A DNA stretch of 64,000 bases from Armatimonadota bacterium (GTDB taxonomy: Bacteria > Armatimonadota > Zipacnadia > Zipacnadales > UBA5352): the NCBI GenBank assembly GCA_034722055.1, contig JAYENL010000038.1, forward strand, positions 33,744 through 97,743, given 5' to 3'. Positions 19,776 to 29,211 of the stretch are shown here, piece by piece (the stretch's first letter is position 1; each line of letters opens with the position of its first letter). The notes under the pieces are model-generated. The model was not told where the DNA came from, made no database searches, and saw nothing but the letters and a program-made list of their open reading frames with translations. A program made the position numbers and the translations under genes.

Positions 19776-20575
19776 CAGGCTCGCACCATCCCCCACCGCT
19801 GCACTGTGGCCTCCTCGAGCCGCGCGAAGCCCAGATACTCGATGACCAGTCCCACCAGGCAGATCAGGATGATGCAGACGAAGGCCGAAGCGTAGTCCAG
19901 AGTCCACCGCGACTGGATGATGCTGTAGCCCAGCCCCGAGCCGGTGCCTACGACCATCTCAGCGGCGACGACCACGCGCCAACTGTTGCCCAGCCCGACG
20001 CGCAGGCCGCTCATCAGGTGCGGGATGGAGCCGGGCAGAAGCACGTGGAAGAAGGTCTCCCGGGGGCCGGCCCCGGCCATGCGCGCCACCCGCAGATGCT
20101 GCTCGGAGGCGCTCTTGAGGCCTGCAACCATGTTGACCGCCACCGGGGCGAGCGCCGTCATGACAATCATGAAGACCGTGGCCTCGTTCCCGATGCCGAG
20201 CAGCAGGATCGCGACGGGAATCCAGGCAAGGCCAGGGATGAGCTGCAGCACGTAGACCAGCGGCATCAGCAGCCGCTCGGCCACCCGCGACCAGCCCACC
20301 AGCGCGGCCACGGTGATGCCGGCGGAGGCGCCGATGCAAAAGCCGATGATCCAGCGGGCGAGGCTGGCCCCGGCGTGGGCGTAGATCGTATAGTCCAGCA
20401 GCCGCTCGCCGCCGAGAAGGTCGAACAGGCGGATGGCAGTCTCGATGGGCCCCGGGAAGGGCGCCCGCGGTCTGACCGCCGCGGCGACCACGGCCCAGAT
20501 GGTCAGGCCCAGCACCACCGGCGCAATGGCCCACAGGGCCCTGCTGACTGCGCCGCGCGACCGGCGCTGGGTCAT
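19775..20575 (-). CDS. NitT/TauT/SsuC-family ABC permease
   Basis: Motifs IPGLAWIP, LPGSIPHLMSGLRVGLGNSW and VVAAEM. Confidence 0.92.
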   Translation of the reverse strand: MTQRRSRGAVSRALWAIAPVVLGLTIWAVVAAAVRPRAPFPGPIETAIRLFDLLGGERLLDYTIYAHAGASLARWIIGFCIGASAGITVAALVGWSRVAERLLMPLVYVLQLIPGLAWIPVAILLLGIGNEATVFMIVMTALAPVAVNMVAGLKSASEQHLRVARMAGAGPRETFFHVLLPGSIPHLMSGLRVGLGNSWRVVVAAEMVVGTGSGLGYSIIQSRWTLDYASAFVCIILICLVGLVIEYLGFARLEEATVQRWGMVRA

Positions 20576-21177
20576 GCCGACTCCAGGTGCTCCTGCAGCA
20601 TCTCACGGAGCGCACCGGGGGAGGGAACGCGGCCGCTGATCAGCACCGTGTCATCCAGCACCAGCGCTGGTGTGAGGACCGGCCCATAGGTGGCGATCTC
20701 CGCGGGCTCCTTGATGTGCTCCACCGTCGCGTCCGCCACACCCAGCTCGTCGAGGGCCTCCGTGGTGAGCTCATAGAGCCGATTGCACTTGGGGCAGCCG
20801 GTCCCCAGGATGTACAGGCGATGACCCCCGCCCTCAGGGGCGGCGCGCTCGGCGAACGCTCCCGGCACGCGCTCGCAGAAGGATGCGACCACCTGCGCGG
20901 TGGAATCCAGGCGCTCGACCTCGGCCTGCAGGTCACTCAGCCAGCGCTCGATGACGGCCAGCCGCTCCTCAATGCCGGGCGTGGCCTCCTCAGATAGCGC
21001 CTCCGCTTGCTCCTCCCCGGTGGGTGTCAGCAAGCGGTCTATCTCGCTGCGGGGGATGCGGTGCTGGCCCCCGGGGAGCTTGGCGGACTTCAGCTTCCCG
21101 TCGTAGATATAGCGCTTGATGGTGGGGACGCTGAGCTGAAGCGCCTCCGCCGCCTCCGTCACCGTGAGGTAATCTAT
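20572..21177 (-). CDS. Excisionase/HTH_17 DNA-binding domain fused to an MTH895/ArsE-like thioredoxin (CxxC) domain; probable ATA start (nearest canonical start is GTG 21162)
   Basis: HTH: DYLTVTEAAEAL...TIKRYIYDGKLKSAKLPGGQHRIPRSEI. Thioredoxin-like: ILGTGCPKC...TPALVLD...GRVP. GAGGTG lies 7 nt upstream of ATA. Confidence 0.8.
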   Translation of the reverse strand: MDYLTVTEAAEALQLSVPTIKRYIYDGKLKSAKLPGGQHRIPRSEIDRLLTPTGEEQAEALSEEATPGIEERLAVIERWLSDLQAEVERLDSTAQVVASFCERVPGAFAERAAPEGGGHRLYILGTGCPKCNRLYELTTEALDELGVADATVEHIKEPAEIATYGPVLTPALVLDDTVLISGRVPSPGALREMLQEHLESA

Positions 21178-21222
21178 CGCGATTCACCTCATTGAGTATC
21201 ATCGGATAGGTAAGCGAATATA

Positions 21223-21251
21223 CTTATATCATATCGTATCATAAAGGTCAA
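21223..21251 (-). promoter_or_regulatory. Sigma70-type promoter with (T)GATA direct repeats in the spacer
   Basis: The minus strand has TTGACC-17 nt-TATAAG in a strongly AT-rich patch. The spacer is TTTATGATACGATATGA. Confidence 0.75.
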
Positions 21252-21602
21252 GAACCGCGTCGGGTTTGAATCCCAGATGTCGGTAGGATGCGCGGGCCAG
21301 GGCGCCCAGAGGCGCCAAGCGCCTTCGCCCGCCCATCGCATCCTCCGAACCCGGCGCCCTCGCGCGCCTATTCCATCCTGGGAACCCGGCGCCCTCGCCG
21401 GCTTGTGGCGCGCAGCGCCACTCCACCCGTGGCCCACCTGAGGCCAACGACGCCCGGGCGAGGGCGCCCGCGCCCCAACCGGTAGTCTTGGGCCGCGCTC
21501 TGCGCGTCTTGCACCCCGCCCGGCAGGCCTGCCTCCGTCGGCGGCGAATAGCCCCGCAGGTCCGCGGCGCGAGGACGACACCCGCCTGGGAGGGCGACCA
21601 CG

Positions 21603-23552
21603 ATGACTGACGAGGCCTTGGCCGTCGAGCACATCGAGCTGCCCATCGAGCAGTTGCCAGCCGGCGAGATCGCGCCGCCGATGGAGCCGGATCATCCGTC
21701 ATGGGCGGTCCTGGAGGGCTGGGATGACCCGCTCGCGCCACGAGCCGGCTACCGCCTGCCCTCCGGGAAGCGCCGTGTGGAGCGCGGAGGCCGGGCGGCG
21801 CTTGAGTTCGAGAGCGGCGGCGCGATTGAGCGGGCGCTGGTGACGGGCGAGGAGACCTGGCGGGAGCTGGCCATCGAGTGCGAGATGCAGGGCCTTCAGG
21901 AGGAGGCCGGCCCCACGAACGATGACTGGATGGTGGAGCGCGCCCGGGCGGGCCTGGTCTTTCGCGCCGGTACCTCGCGGCGGCACTACTTCCTGTGCCT
22001 GGAGGGCCTGCAGCAACTGGTGCTCTACCGCCGCATCGACCAGGAGTGGCTGGAGCTGGCCTCCGCCGCTGTGGACTACGACGGGCAGGTCATCACCCTA
22101 CGCGTGGAGCTCGACGCCGACGGCATCCGGGCGTCCTGTGCAGAGCTTGGGGTGGAGATGTTCGCCACGGACACCACTATCCAATCGGGGCGGGCCGGCT
22201 TCCGCTCTCTGGGGGGCTCCCGGCTGCTGTCGCTCTCCGTGGAGCTGACGCCCTCGCAGCAGCGGACGAACCGCCGGGTGGCGGAGGGGCGCCGGCGGGC
22301 GGTCGCGGCCGAGCATGAGGCCCTACCCCCCGCAGAGCAGGTCGATGAGTTGTGCCTCCCTGCCGGCCACCGACTCCTGGAGGCTATCGACCTGCGAGGC
22401 GGCGAGGACAACGACCTGCTGCTGCGCGGCCCGGACGGGCTGGTGGCGAGGGACTGGGAGGGCACTGAGCTCTGGCGCTTCGCCGATGATGTGTCGCAGG
22501 TGAAGGTGGCATCGGAGCCCACCGGCGGATCGCGACGTATCTATGCGCTGGTCGGCCGCCAGCGCGCGCACGAGCAGGTGAGCGTGCGCGGGGACGCCAA
22601 CGTGTGGACAGTGGCCTCGCAGATCGTGGTGCTGGATGGCGCGACGGGCGGGGAGCTGGCCCGCCGGGACCTGCCCGAGGATCCCCACCTGAATGTGCTG
22701 CGCCAGTATGACCTCTCCAACGAGACCGGCCGCCTGGCCGGGGATGAGCCCGTGGACATCATCGTGCGCCACTGGCGGCAGGATTTGGGGCACGGCGGCC
22801 GCGACCTGTGGGCCTTCGATGGGCAGCTTGATCTGCTGTGGCACGCGGAGGTCGATCCGCCCTACGGCCACCACAACGCGGTTCACCTCGTGGACCTGAC
22901 TGGCGACGGCCGGTCGGAGGTTGTCACGGGCGGGACCACGCTGTCGGCCGACGGGGAGGTCATCGCCGTTCACGACCTGGCGCACGAGATGAGCGCCATC
23001 CGGGGCGCCGGACACTATGACGCGGTGGCCGCGGGCCACTTCGAGTGCGACCCGGACCGCGATCCGGTGGCCTTCCTGATCGCGGGCAGCGCCGGGGTCT
23101 ACGTCACGGACCCGCTGAGTGGCAGGACGCGGGCTGTGCATCGCATCGGCCACGCCCAGGGCGTGCAGGAGTGCCGTGTGCGCGAGGACATTCCCGGCCG
23201 ACAGGCCCTCGCTCACACCCGCTGGGGGAACATGGGGATCACCACGCTGCTGTCCGGCCTTGGCGACAGGCTCTGGACCATCCAGCCGCACTTCATCCCC
23301 GGCACCAGGCCGGTGCAGTGGCTCCCCGAGGGGCCGCAGCACCTGTGGGTCTGCCCCACGCGCCAGACCCTCGCGCTCTACGACGGCCGCGGCAGGCGCA
23401 TTCGGGAGCTGGAGGCGCTGCAGCGCGCCTGGGGCGATCGCCCGGCCACCCAAGTCCGCGGCACTGTGCTCAGGCGCTCGCCTGAGGGTCGGGACCTGCT
23501 GGCGCTGACCATCGACGAGCGCATCCTGCTCTTCGGGCCGACATCGGCCTGA
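21603..23552 (+). CDS. Hypothetical protein: concanavalin-like N-terminal domain plus propeller-like region
   Basis: 649 aa after a GGGAGG RBS. Motifs AGLVFR and SGRAGF, then DLTGDGRSE and GHAQ. No clear signal peptide. Confidence 0.65.
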   Translation: MTDEALAVEHIELPIEQLPAGEIAPPMEPDHPSWAVLEGWDDPLAPRAGYRLPSGKRRVERGGRAALEFESGGAIERALVTGEETWRELAIECEMQGLQEEAGPTNDDWMVERARAGLVFRAGTSRRHYFLCLEGLQQLVLYRRIDQEWLELASAAVDYDGQVITLRVELDADGIRASCAELGVEMFATDTTIQSGRAGFRSLGGSRLLSLSVELTPSQQRTNRRVAEGRRRAVAAEHEALPPAEQVDELCLPAGHRLLEAIDLRGGEDNDLLLRGPDGLVARDWEGTELWRFADDVSQVKVASEPTGGSRRIYALVGRQRAHEQVSVRGDANVWTVASQIVVLDGATGGELARRDLPEDPHLNVLRQYDLSNETGRLAGDEPVDIIVRHWRQDLGHGGRDLWAFDGQLDLLWHAEVDPPYGHHNAVHLVDLTGDGRSEVVTGGTTLSADGEVIAVHDLAHEMSAIRGAGHYDAVAAGHFECDPDRDPVAFLIAGSAGVYVTDPLSGRTRAVHRIGHAQGVQECRVREDIPGRQALAHTRWGNMGITTLLSGLGDRLWTIQPHFIPGTRPVQWLPEGPQHLWVCPTRQTLALYDGRGRRIRELEALQRAWGDRPATQVRGTVLRRSPEGRDLLALTIDERILLFGPTSA

Positions 23553-23574
23553 CAGCGGACGAGGAGGCACTGCC

Positions 23575-24555
23575 ATGACTGACGACGCGGCGGAGATCAG
23601 ACCGGACCGCTACCACTGCACCTTCGGACCTCACGATCCAATCGCCAGGATCGAGCAGGGCCGGGAGGCCGTGGTGTGGTGTGTCGATGCCCGGGGCCTG
23701 GACGAGAACGGTGAGGCCATCGGCGTCGAGGACCTTGCGGGACCGCCCGGCGCCCGCCGGCAGATCAGCAACCCGGTGACGGGCCCCATCCACGTCGAGG
23801 GTGCCGAGCCGGGCGACGCCTTAGCCGTGCATCTGCTTGAGGTGGCGCCGACCCGCCCGTGGGCGTGGTCGGCGGCCCACAGCGACTTCGGCCTCTTCAG
23901 CACCGAGGACATCTACGGACCCACCACCTTCGCCCCGCCTCAGTGGCCTGACCGGGAGAGCTGCGAGTTCCGCTGGGACCTGGATCTCGAGCGTGGCACC
24001 GGGCGGCTGGAGCTGCAGCACAGTCGCCTCCGCGAGGTGGAGCTGCCTCTCTCGCCGTTCCTGGGCTGCCTGGGGGTGGCGCCGGAGCGTGGCGAGTGCA
24101 GAATGACCATGACCCCGAGCCGCCACGGCGGGAACATGGACTGCCCCCAGGTCCGCGCCGGGACCACCGTCTACTTCCCGGTCTTCGAGGAGGGCGGTCT
24201 GCTGCTGATGGGCGACTGCCACGCGGCGCAGGGCGATGGCGAGCTATGCGGGGTGGGGCTGGAGGTGAGCTGCCGCGTGCGGCTGAGGGTGGAGGTCCTG
24301 GACGGCTGGACGATCCGCTGGCCCCGCGCGGAGGATGACACGCACATCATGACTATCGGCAGCGTCCGGCCCCTGCGCGCGGCCCTGGCGGCGGCCCAGG
24401 TGGAGCTGCTTGACTGGCTGGTGACTGACTACGGCTTCGACGCCCTCGAGGCCTGGCAGGTGCTCTCGCAGGTCGGCACGACTCGGATCGGCAACGTCGT
24501 GGACCCCAACTACTCCGTCGTCGCCCGCTTCCCGAAGGCCTACCTGCCCGAGTGA
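23575..24555 (+). CDS. Acetamidase/formamidase family protein
   Basis: Motifs NPVTGPIHVEGAEPGD, GGNMD and GDCHAAQGDGE. Confidence 0.92.
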   Translation: MTDDAAEIRPDRYHCTFGPHDPIARIEQGREAVVWCVDARGLDENGEAIGVEDLAGPPGARRQISNPVTGPIHVEGAEPGDALAVHLLEVAPTRPWAWSAAHSDFGLFSTEDIYGPTTFAPPQWPDRESCEFRWDLDLERGTGRLELQHSRLREVELPLSPFLGCLGVAPERGECRMTMTPSRHGGNMDCPQVRAGTTVYFPVFEEGGLLLMGDCHAAQGDGELCGVGLEVSCRVRLRVEVLDGWTIRWPRAEDDTHIMTIGSVRPLRAALAAAQVELLDWLVTDYGFDALEAWQVLSQVGTTRIGNVVDPNYSVVARFPKAYLPE

Positions 24556-24636
24556 GCGCGCGGGACGCAGGCTCATGGCGGGGAACGCCAGGCGGACGCG
24601 TGAGGTCGAGTGTGACCGATGGCCCCGGAGGCCGCC

Positions 24637-25737
24637 ATGACGAGTCAGCTTGAGGAGGAACTGCGACGCCGGATAGCCGGCACCATCGAGACCGCAATCA
24701 GAGATGACGTCACGCCGGGCGCGGTGGTCCTGGTCGGCCGCGGCGACGAGGTGCTGTGCCACGAGGCGCTCGGACATCGGATGGTGCAGCCGGAGCGGCG
24801 GCCGATGAAGCTCGATACCGTCTTCGACGTGGCGTCGCTGACCAAGCCGGTGGCCACGGCTGTCTCGGTGCTGCAGCTCATCGAGCGGGAGGAGCTGTCG
24901 CTGGACACTCCGGTGCGCGCGATCCTGCCCGGGTTTACCGGCGATGGTCGCGAGTCGGCCACCGTCCGGCACCTCCTCACCCATTCGGCCGGGCTGCCGG
25001 CCTACCGCAACTACCTCGACGAGCTCGGCGAGGACATCCCGCCCGCGCAGCGGCGCAGGCGGGTGGTCGAGGACGTCTGCTCGCTTCCCCTCGAGCACGC
25101 GCCCGGCGAGGGCTTCCTGTACTCCTGCCTGAGCTACATCCTGCTGGCCTCAGTCGTGGAGGCGGTCGCCGAGACGCCGCTGGATGAGCTGGCGGCACAG
25201 AGCATCTTCCGGCCGCTGGGCATGGCGGACACCTGCTTCAACCCGCCGCCGGAGCTTGCGGCCCGCTGCGCCGCCACGGAGCAGCTTCCCGACGGCGTGC
25301 TGTGCGGCGTGGTGCATGACGAGGACGCCCGGTACCTGGGCGGCGTGGGCGGCAACTCGGGGCTGTTCTCGACCGCCCGGGACCTGTCGCGCTTCGTGCG
25401 GGCGATCCTGGCCGGCGGAGAGCTCGACGGCGTGCGGATCCTCAGCGAAGGCAGCGTGCAACTGATGATCTCGCCGCAGCTTGAGGTGGGCGAGACCAGG
25501 CGGGGGCTGGGCTGGGACATCGCCAGCTCCTACTCCCCGCAGGTCCGGGGCGGCTTCCCGCCGGGAGGCATCGGGCACAGCGGATACACAGGCACCTCGA
25601 TCTGGGCCGACCCGCCAAGCGGGGTGTACGTGATCCTGCTGACCAACCGCGTCCATCTGGGCCGCGATCGGGAGATCGGCCCGCTGCGGCGAGAGGTGGC
25701 GACGATCGCGGCGGAGGTGCTGCTCCCCGCGCAGTGA
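24637..25737 (+). CDS. Beta-lactamase-family serine hydrolase
   Basis: SxxK motif FDVASLTK, plus LLTHSAGL, GVVHDEDA, GHSGYTGTS and LTNRVH. GGAGG precedes ATG 24637. Confidence 0.9.
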   Translation: MTSQLEEELRRRIAGTIETAIRDDVTPGAVVLVGRGDEVLCHEALGHRMVQPERRPMKLDTVFDVASLTKPVATAVSVLQLIEREELSLDTPVRAILPGFTGDGRESATVRHLLTHSAGLPAYRNYLDELGEDIPPAQRRRRVVEDVCSLPLEHAPGEGFLYSCLSYILLASVVEAVAETPLDELAAQSIFRPLGMADTCFNPPPELAARCAATEQLPDGVLCGVVHDEDARYLGGVGGNSGLFSTARDLSRFVRAILAGGELDGVRILSEGSVQLMISPQLEVGETRRGLGWDIASSYSPQVRGGFPPGGIGHSGYTGTSIWADPPSGVYVILLTNRVHLGRDREIGPLRREVATIAAEVLLPAQ

Positions 25738-25785
25738 GCCCATGCGCGGCTGCGCGGGACTGTCGGCGACGAGAGGAGCCTGGTC

Positions 25786-27438
25786 ATGTGGTGGCGACCG
25801 ATCCTGGTTGTTGTGATCCTGCTGCTGGAGGGTGTGGCGATGGCGTCGATCGATGATGGGCTGGTAGGACACTGGCCGCTTGCCGGGGACTGCCGCGACC
25901 ACTCCGGCCACGGCAACGATGCCGTGAACCACGGGGTGAATCTGCGCGCCGAAGGCCCCCGAGGCGAGCAGGACGGGGCTGCGCTGTTCGACGGCCGGTC
26001 GAGCTGGCTGGAGGTGCCCGATGATCCCAGCCTGCGGGTCGGCAGCGGCGACTTCACGATCGCGGCATGGCTGCGCACCGATGAGCTGCTGGACGATGTC
26101 ATCGGCGACATCTGCTCCAGCTACGATCCCGCAAGCCGCCGGGGATTCAACCTGACTGTGGTCAACCATGCCGGGATGACCTCCAGCCAGAGCAACTACC
26201 GGACGCTGCAGTTCGGCATCGACGACGGGCGCATGACCGGCTGGCAGGACTCCGGCCGGCCGGGCGAGGCGGTGTTCATCGCTTCCATGGCGGTGCACGG
26301 TGGGGACCTCTACGTCGGCACCTGTGAGCCAGACGAGGGCCAGGCGGGCCGCGTCTACCGCTACCTCGGCGAGGACGAGTGGGAGGACTGCGGCAGCCCG
26401 GACGGCAGCAACTCCGTGATGGCGATGGCGGTGCACGAGGGCGACCTCTACGTGGGCTCAGCGGCCTACAACACGAGGGGCTCGCTTCTGCCGGCGGCGG
26501 AGAACACGGCGCCCGGCGGGCATGTCTACCGCCTCGCGGAGGATGGGAGCTGGACCGACTGCGGGCAGATCCCCCAGGCGCGGGCGACCTACTGCCTCAC
26601 CGTCTACCGGGGCGATCTCTACGGCATCGCCATGTACGTGCCGGGCGTCTACCGCCACGATGGAGGCACGGACTGGGCCTACTGTGGCACGCCCGGCGAC
26701 CAGCGCTCCATGGCCCTGGCGGTGCACAATGGCTCCCTGTGGGCCAGCGGCAACGGCGGCGCAGGCGTGCACGGCTATCTCGGCGGCGAGGACTGGGAGT
26801 TCTGTGGCAGGCAGGAGGACAACACCCAGACCTACTCCTTCGCCATTCACGAGGGCGACATGTACGTGGGGACGTGGCCGGACGGCTCGGTGCATCGCTA
26901 CGAGGGAGGCACCCGGTGGACGAACGTCGGCCGCCTGGGCCGGGAGAAGGAGGTCATGGCCATGGCGGTCTACAACGGGCGGATGTACGCCGGAACGCTG
27001 CCGCTGGGCCAGGTCCATCGCTTCGACGGGCCCCACACCTGGACCCTCACCGGACAGCTCGATACCACGCCGGACGTTCCCTACCGCCGGGTCTGGACCA
27101 TGGCGATCCACGACGGCTGGCTGTACGCCGGCACGCTGCCCTCGGGCCGCGTCTACCGGATGCAGGCCGGCACCGTCACCACCTACGACCGACCGCTGCC
27201 TCCGGGGTGGTGCCACATTGCCGCCGTGCGCGAGGGCGAGGCCCTGAAGCTATTCGTAAATGGCGCACTTGTGGGCCGCTCGGCCGCCCGGCATCCCGCC
27301 GACTACGACATCGACAGCGGGACGCCTCTGCGCATCGGCTTCGGCCAGCACGACTACCTCAACGGATCACTGACCGATGTCCGCGTCTACCGTCGGGCGC
27401 TGACCGCTGGGGAGGTCGCCGCCCTGGCGGAGCAGTGA
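25786..27438 (+). CDS. Secreted LamG-like protein with an inserted beta-propeller
   Basis: Signal peptide. LamG halves (GLVGHWPL...DFTIAAW and WCHIAAVR...DVRVYRRALT) flank roughly 45-aa MAVHxGDLYVGT repeats. Confidence 0.8.
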   Translation: MWWRPILVVVILLLEGVAMASIDDGLVGHWPLAGDCRDHSGHGNDAVNHGVNLRAEGPRGEQDGAALFDGRSSWLEVPDDPSLRVGSGDFTIAAWLRTDELLDDVIGDICSSYDPASRRGFNLTVVNHAGMTSSQSNYRTLQFGIDDGRMTGWQDSGRPGEAVFIASMAVHGGDLYVGTCEPDEGQAGRVYRYLGEDEWEDCGSPDGSNSVMAMAVHEGDLYVGSAAYNTRGSLLPAAENTAPGGHVYRLAEDGSWTDCGQIPQARATYCLTVYRGDLYGIAMYVPGVYRHDGGTDWAYCGTPGDQRSMALAVHNGSLWASGNGGAGVHGYLGGEDWEFCGRQEDNTQTYSFAIHEGDMYVGTWPDGSVHRYEGGTRWTNVGRLGREKEVMAMAVYNGRMYAGTLPLGQVHRFDGPHTWTLTGQLDTTPDVPYRRVWTMAIHDGWLYAGTLPSGRVYRMQAGTVTTYDRPLPPGWCHIAAVREGEALKLFVNGALVGRSAARHPADYDIDSGTPLRIGFGQHDYLNGSLTDVRVYRRALTAGEVAALAEQ

Positions 27439-27527
27439 CGGATACGGGCGTGCGCCGGAGGACGAGGGGCGCCACGAATGTGCCTGCCCAGCGCTTGGGT
27501 GTTCGGACGGTCCCTCTGCGGGAGATC

Positions 27528-29078
27528 TCACTGCTGCCGCCGGATGGGGACAGGCTCGGCGTCCGCGATCTGGAAGGCGTAGAGCTTCGCCATGTCCAGC
27601 CGGAAGCGCAGGCGTACCGCCTGCCCGGCGTGCTGCGACAGGTCGGCGCCCTCACGCCACATAGGCGTGAGGGCCACATCGTCGGCGTGAACCGGCTCTG
27701 AGGTGGCGAGCACCTCGCCATCCAGGTCGAGAAGCTCCACGGTGACCGAGCTGCCGGCCTCGTTGGGCGGGTTCGGCGGTGCCAGACCGGCATTCGCGTT
27801 GATCTCCAGCCGGGTGCCCCGAAGCACGAAGGGCTTCGTCGTTACGGTTCCGGGCCTCCCGGCGGCGTCGAGAGAGACGAAGCCATCGAGCCGCTGCACG
27901 TAGCGGTGGATGCCGCCCTCGATTCTCCGGCCGTACCACCGGCCGATGTGCGGGGTCTCGTGCTCGACGCCGTACATCCACAGCTCGTCTCCGGCGCGGA
28001 TCATGCCGGAGCCCATGTAGGCGGAGTAGCCGATCTGATCGCCCAGGCGCCTGGCGTCGGGGTCGATGGGCACGTACGCCTGGCGGAACCGGCGGTCGAG
28101 GTGAATGCCGTCGCGGCTGGTGGCGAAGGTGATCTCGCACAGCCCGTTATCGTAGTGATGCACTGACGGGAAGAACAGGTAGACGCCCGGCGCGAAGGGA
28201 TAGATGGTGGCGGCGGAGTTGTAGAGCCCGCATCCCCACTCGCCACCGGGATCGTTGGCGTCGGGAGCGGCGATCTCCACCGCCCGCGGGAACTCGCGGA
28301 ACACCTCGGACTCGCTGCGGCCGATCCGCCGCGAGGCCTGCCCGATGGGGTTGCCATCCGCGTCTTTGCGATAGACGTTGACGCGGGTGTAGGCGACGTA
28401 CTTCTCGATGTAGGGGTCCCAGAAGCACACGTTCTGGGTGTCGGTGCCACCAGACGGGAACAGCAGGCCGTGCGGGGTGTCGATGGACCTCCAGTGGATG
28501 CCGTCGGCGGAGACCGCCCCGCTGATGCTGGTGTGCTGCGGGCAGCCCTCGTAGGGGTAGATGCGATAGAAGTCGCCGAAGATCATCTTGTACCTCTCAT
28601 CCGGCGACGCCGCGTGCGGGTCAATGAACACGGAGCCCCCGTGCACGTACCCGCCGCACTTGCCCACCATGATGAGGTTGTTATCCGCGGATCCCTGGAA
28701 CTCGAACTGCCCCAGGCTCGGCTTGTCCCAGTGGATCCCGTCCCCGGACTCCGCGTACCCCGTTCTGTCCATCCAGTGGCCCTTGATGTCGGGGTGCCAG
28801 TACCAGCTTCCGTAGTACATCCTGAACCGCTCGCCATCGCGCAGGACCGTTACGTAGCCCAGCCCCGTCGGCTCCCACGGCGCATCGGCCCGCAGCACCT
28901 CGCCGGCCCTGCGCGCGGGGTTGAGGGTGAACTGAACGCCCTGCATCGCCTCGACGATGTCCTCGTCGATGAAGAGCTGCTTGTTGCCGCCGATCTCCCG
29001 CACGTCGTCGGCCCATGCGCTGCCGCTGGCTGAAATCGCCGCCGCGAGCGTCACGATCACACCGGTCCTGGGCTTCAT
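27528..29078 (-). CDS. Secreted five-bladed beta-propeller glycosidase-like protein (GH32/43/130 clan-like)
   Basis: ATG 29078 after GGGAGG, with a signal peptide. Motifs KQLFIDE, repeated SxDGIHW, DTQN and RLDGFVSL. Confidence 0.75.
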   Translation of the reverse strand: MKPRTGVIVTLAAAISASGSAWADDVREIGGNKQLFIDEDIVEAMQGVQFTLNPARRAGEVLRADAPWEPTGLGYVTVLRDGERFRMYYGSWYWHPDIKGHWMDRTGYAESGDGIHWDKPSLGQFEFQGSADNNLIMVGKCGGYVHGGSVFIDPHAASPDERYKMIFGDFYRIYPYEGCPQHTSISGAVSADGIHWRSIDTPHGLLFPSGGTDTQNVCFWDPYIEKYVAYTRVNVYRKDADGNPIGQASRRIGRSESEVFREFPRAVEIAAPDANDPGGEWGCGLYNSAATIYPFAPGVYLFFPSVHHYDNGLCEITFATSRDGIHLDRRFRQAYVPIDPDARRLGDQIGYSAYMGSGMIRAGDELWMYGVEHETPHIGRWYGRRIEGGIHRYVQRLDGFVSLDAAGRPGTVTTKPFVLRGTRLEINANAGLAPPNPPNEAGSSVTVELLDLDGEVLATSEPVHADDVALTPMWREGADLSQHAGQAVRLRFRLDMAKLYAFQIADAEPVPIRRQQ

Positions 29079-29211
29079 CGCCAACGCCTCCCTGCGTGCC
29101 ATCTGGACCACGTCCGGGGTCTGCGGCGAACGCCGTTGGAGTAGCATCGGCTCAAAGGCACGCACGTCTTGTCCAAGCCATAGGTGGCCAGTCGCACGGC
29201 TCTGGCACGGC

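Noticed and set aside
20572..21177. Excisionase domain as evidence of a prophage or ICE
   Set aside because: No integrase or phage genes are nearby. The domain is fused to a thioredoxin and heads a transport operon.
21262..21274. GGGTTTGAATCCC resembling a tRNA T-arm or att site
   Set aside because: It has TTTG instead of TTCG, no acceptor, D or anticodon arms, and there is no integrase in the window.
24637..25737. Antibiotic-resistance beta-lactamase
   Set aside because: No signal peptide, and the GxVHD and LTNRVH motifs fit the broad serine hydrolase/amidase group.
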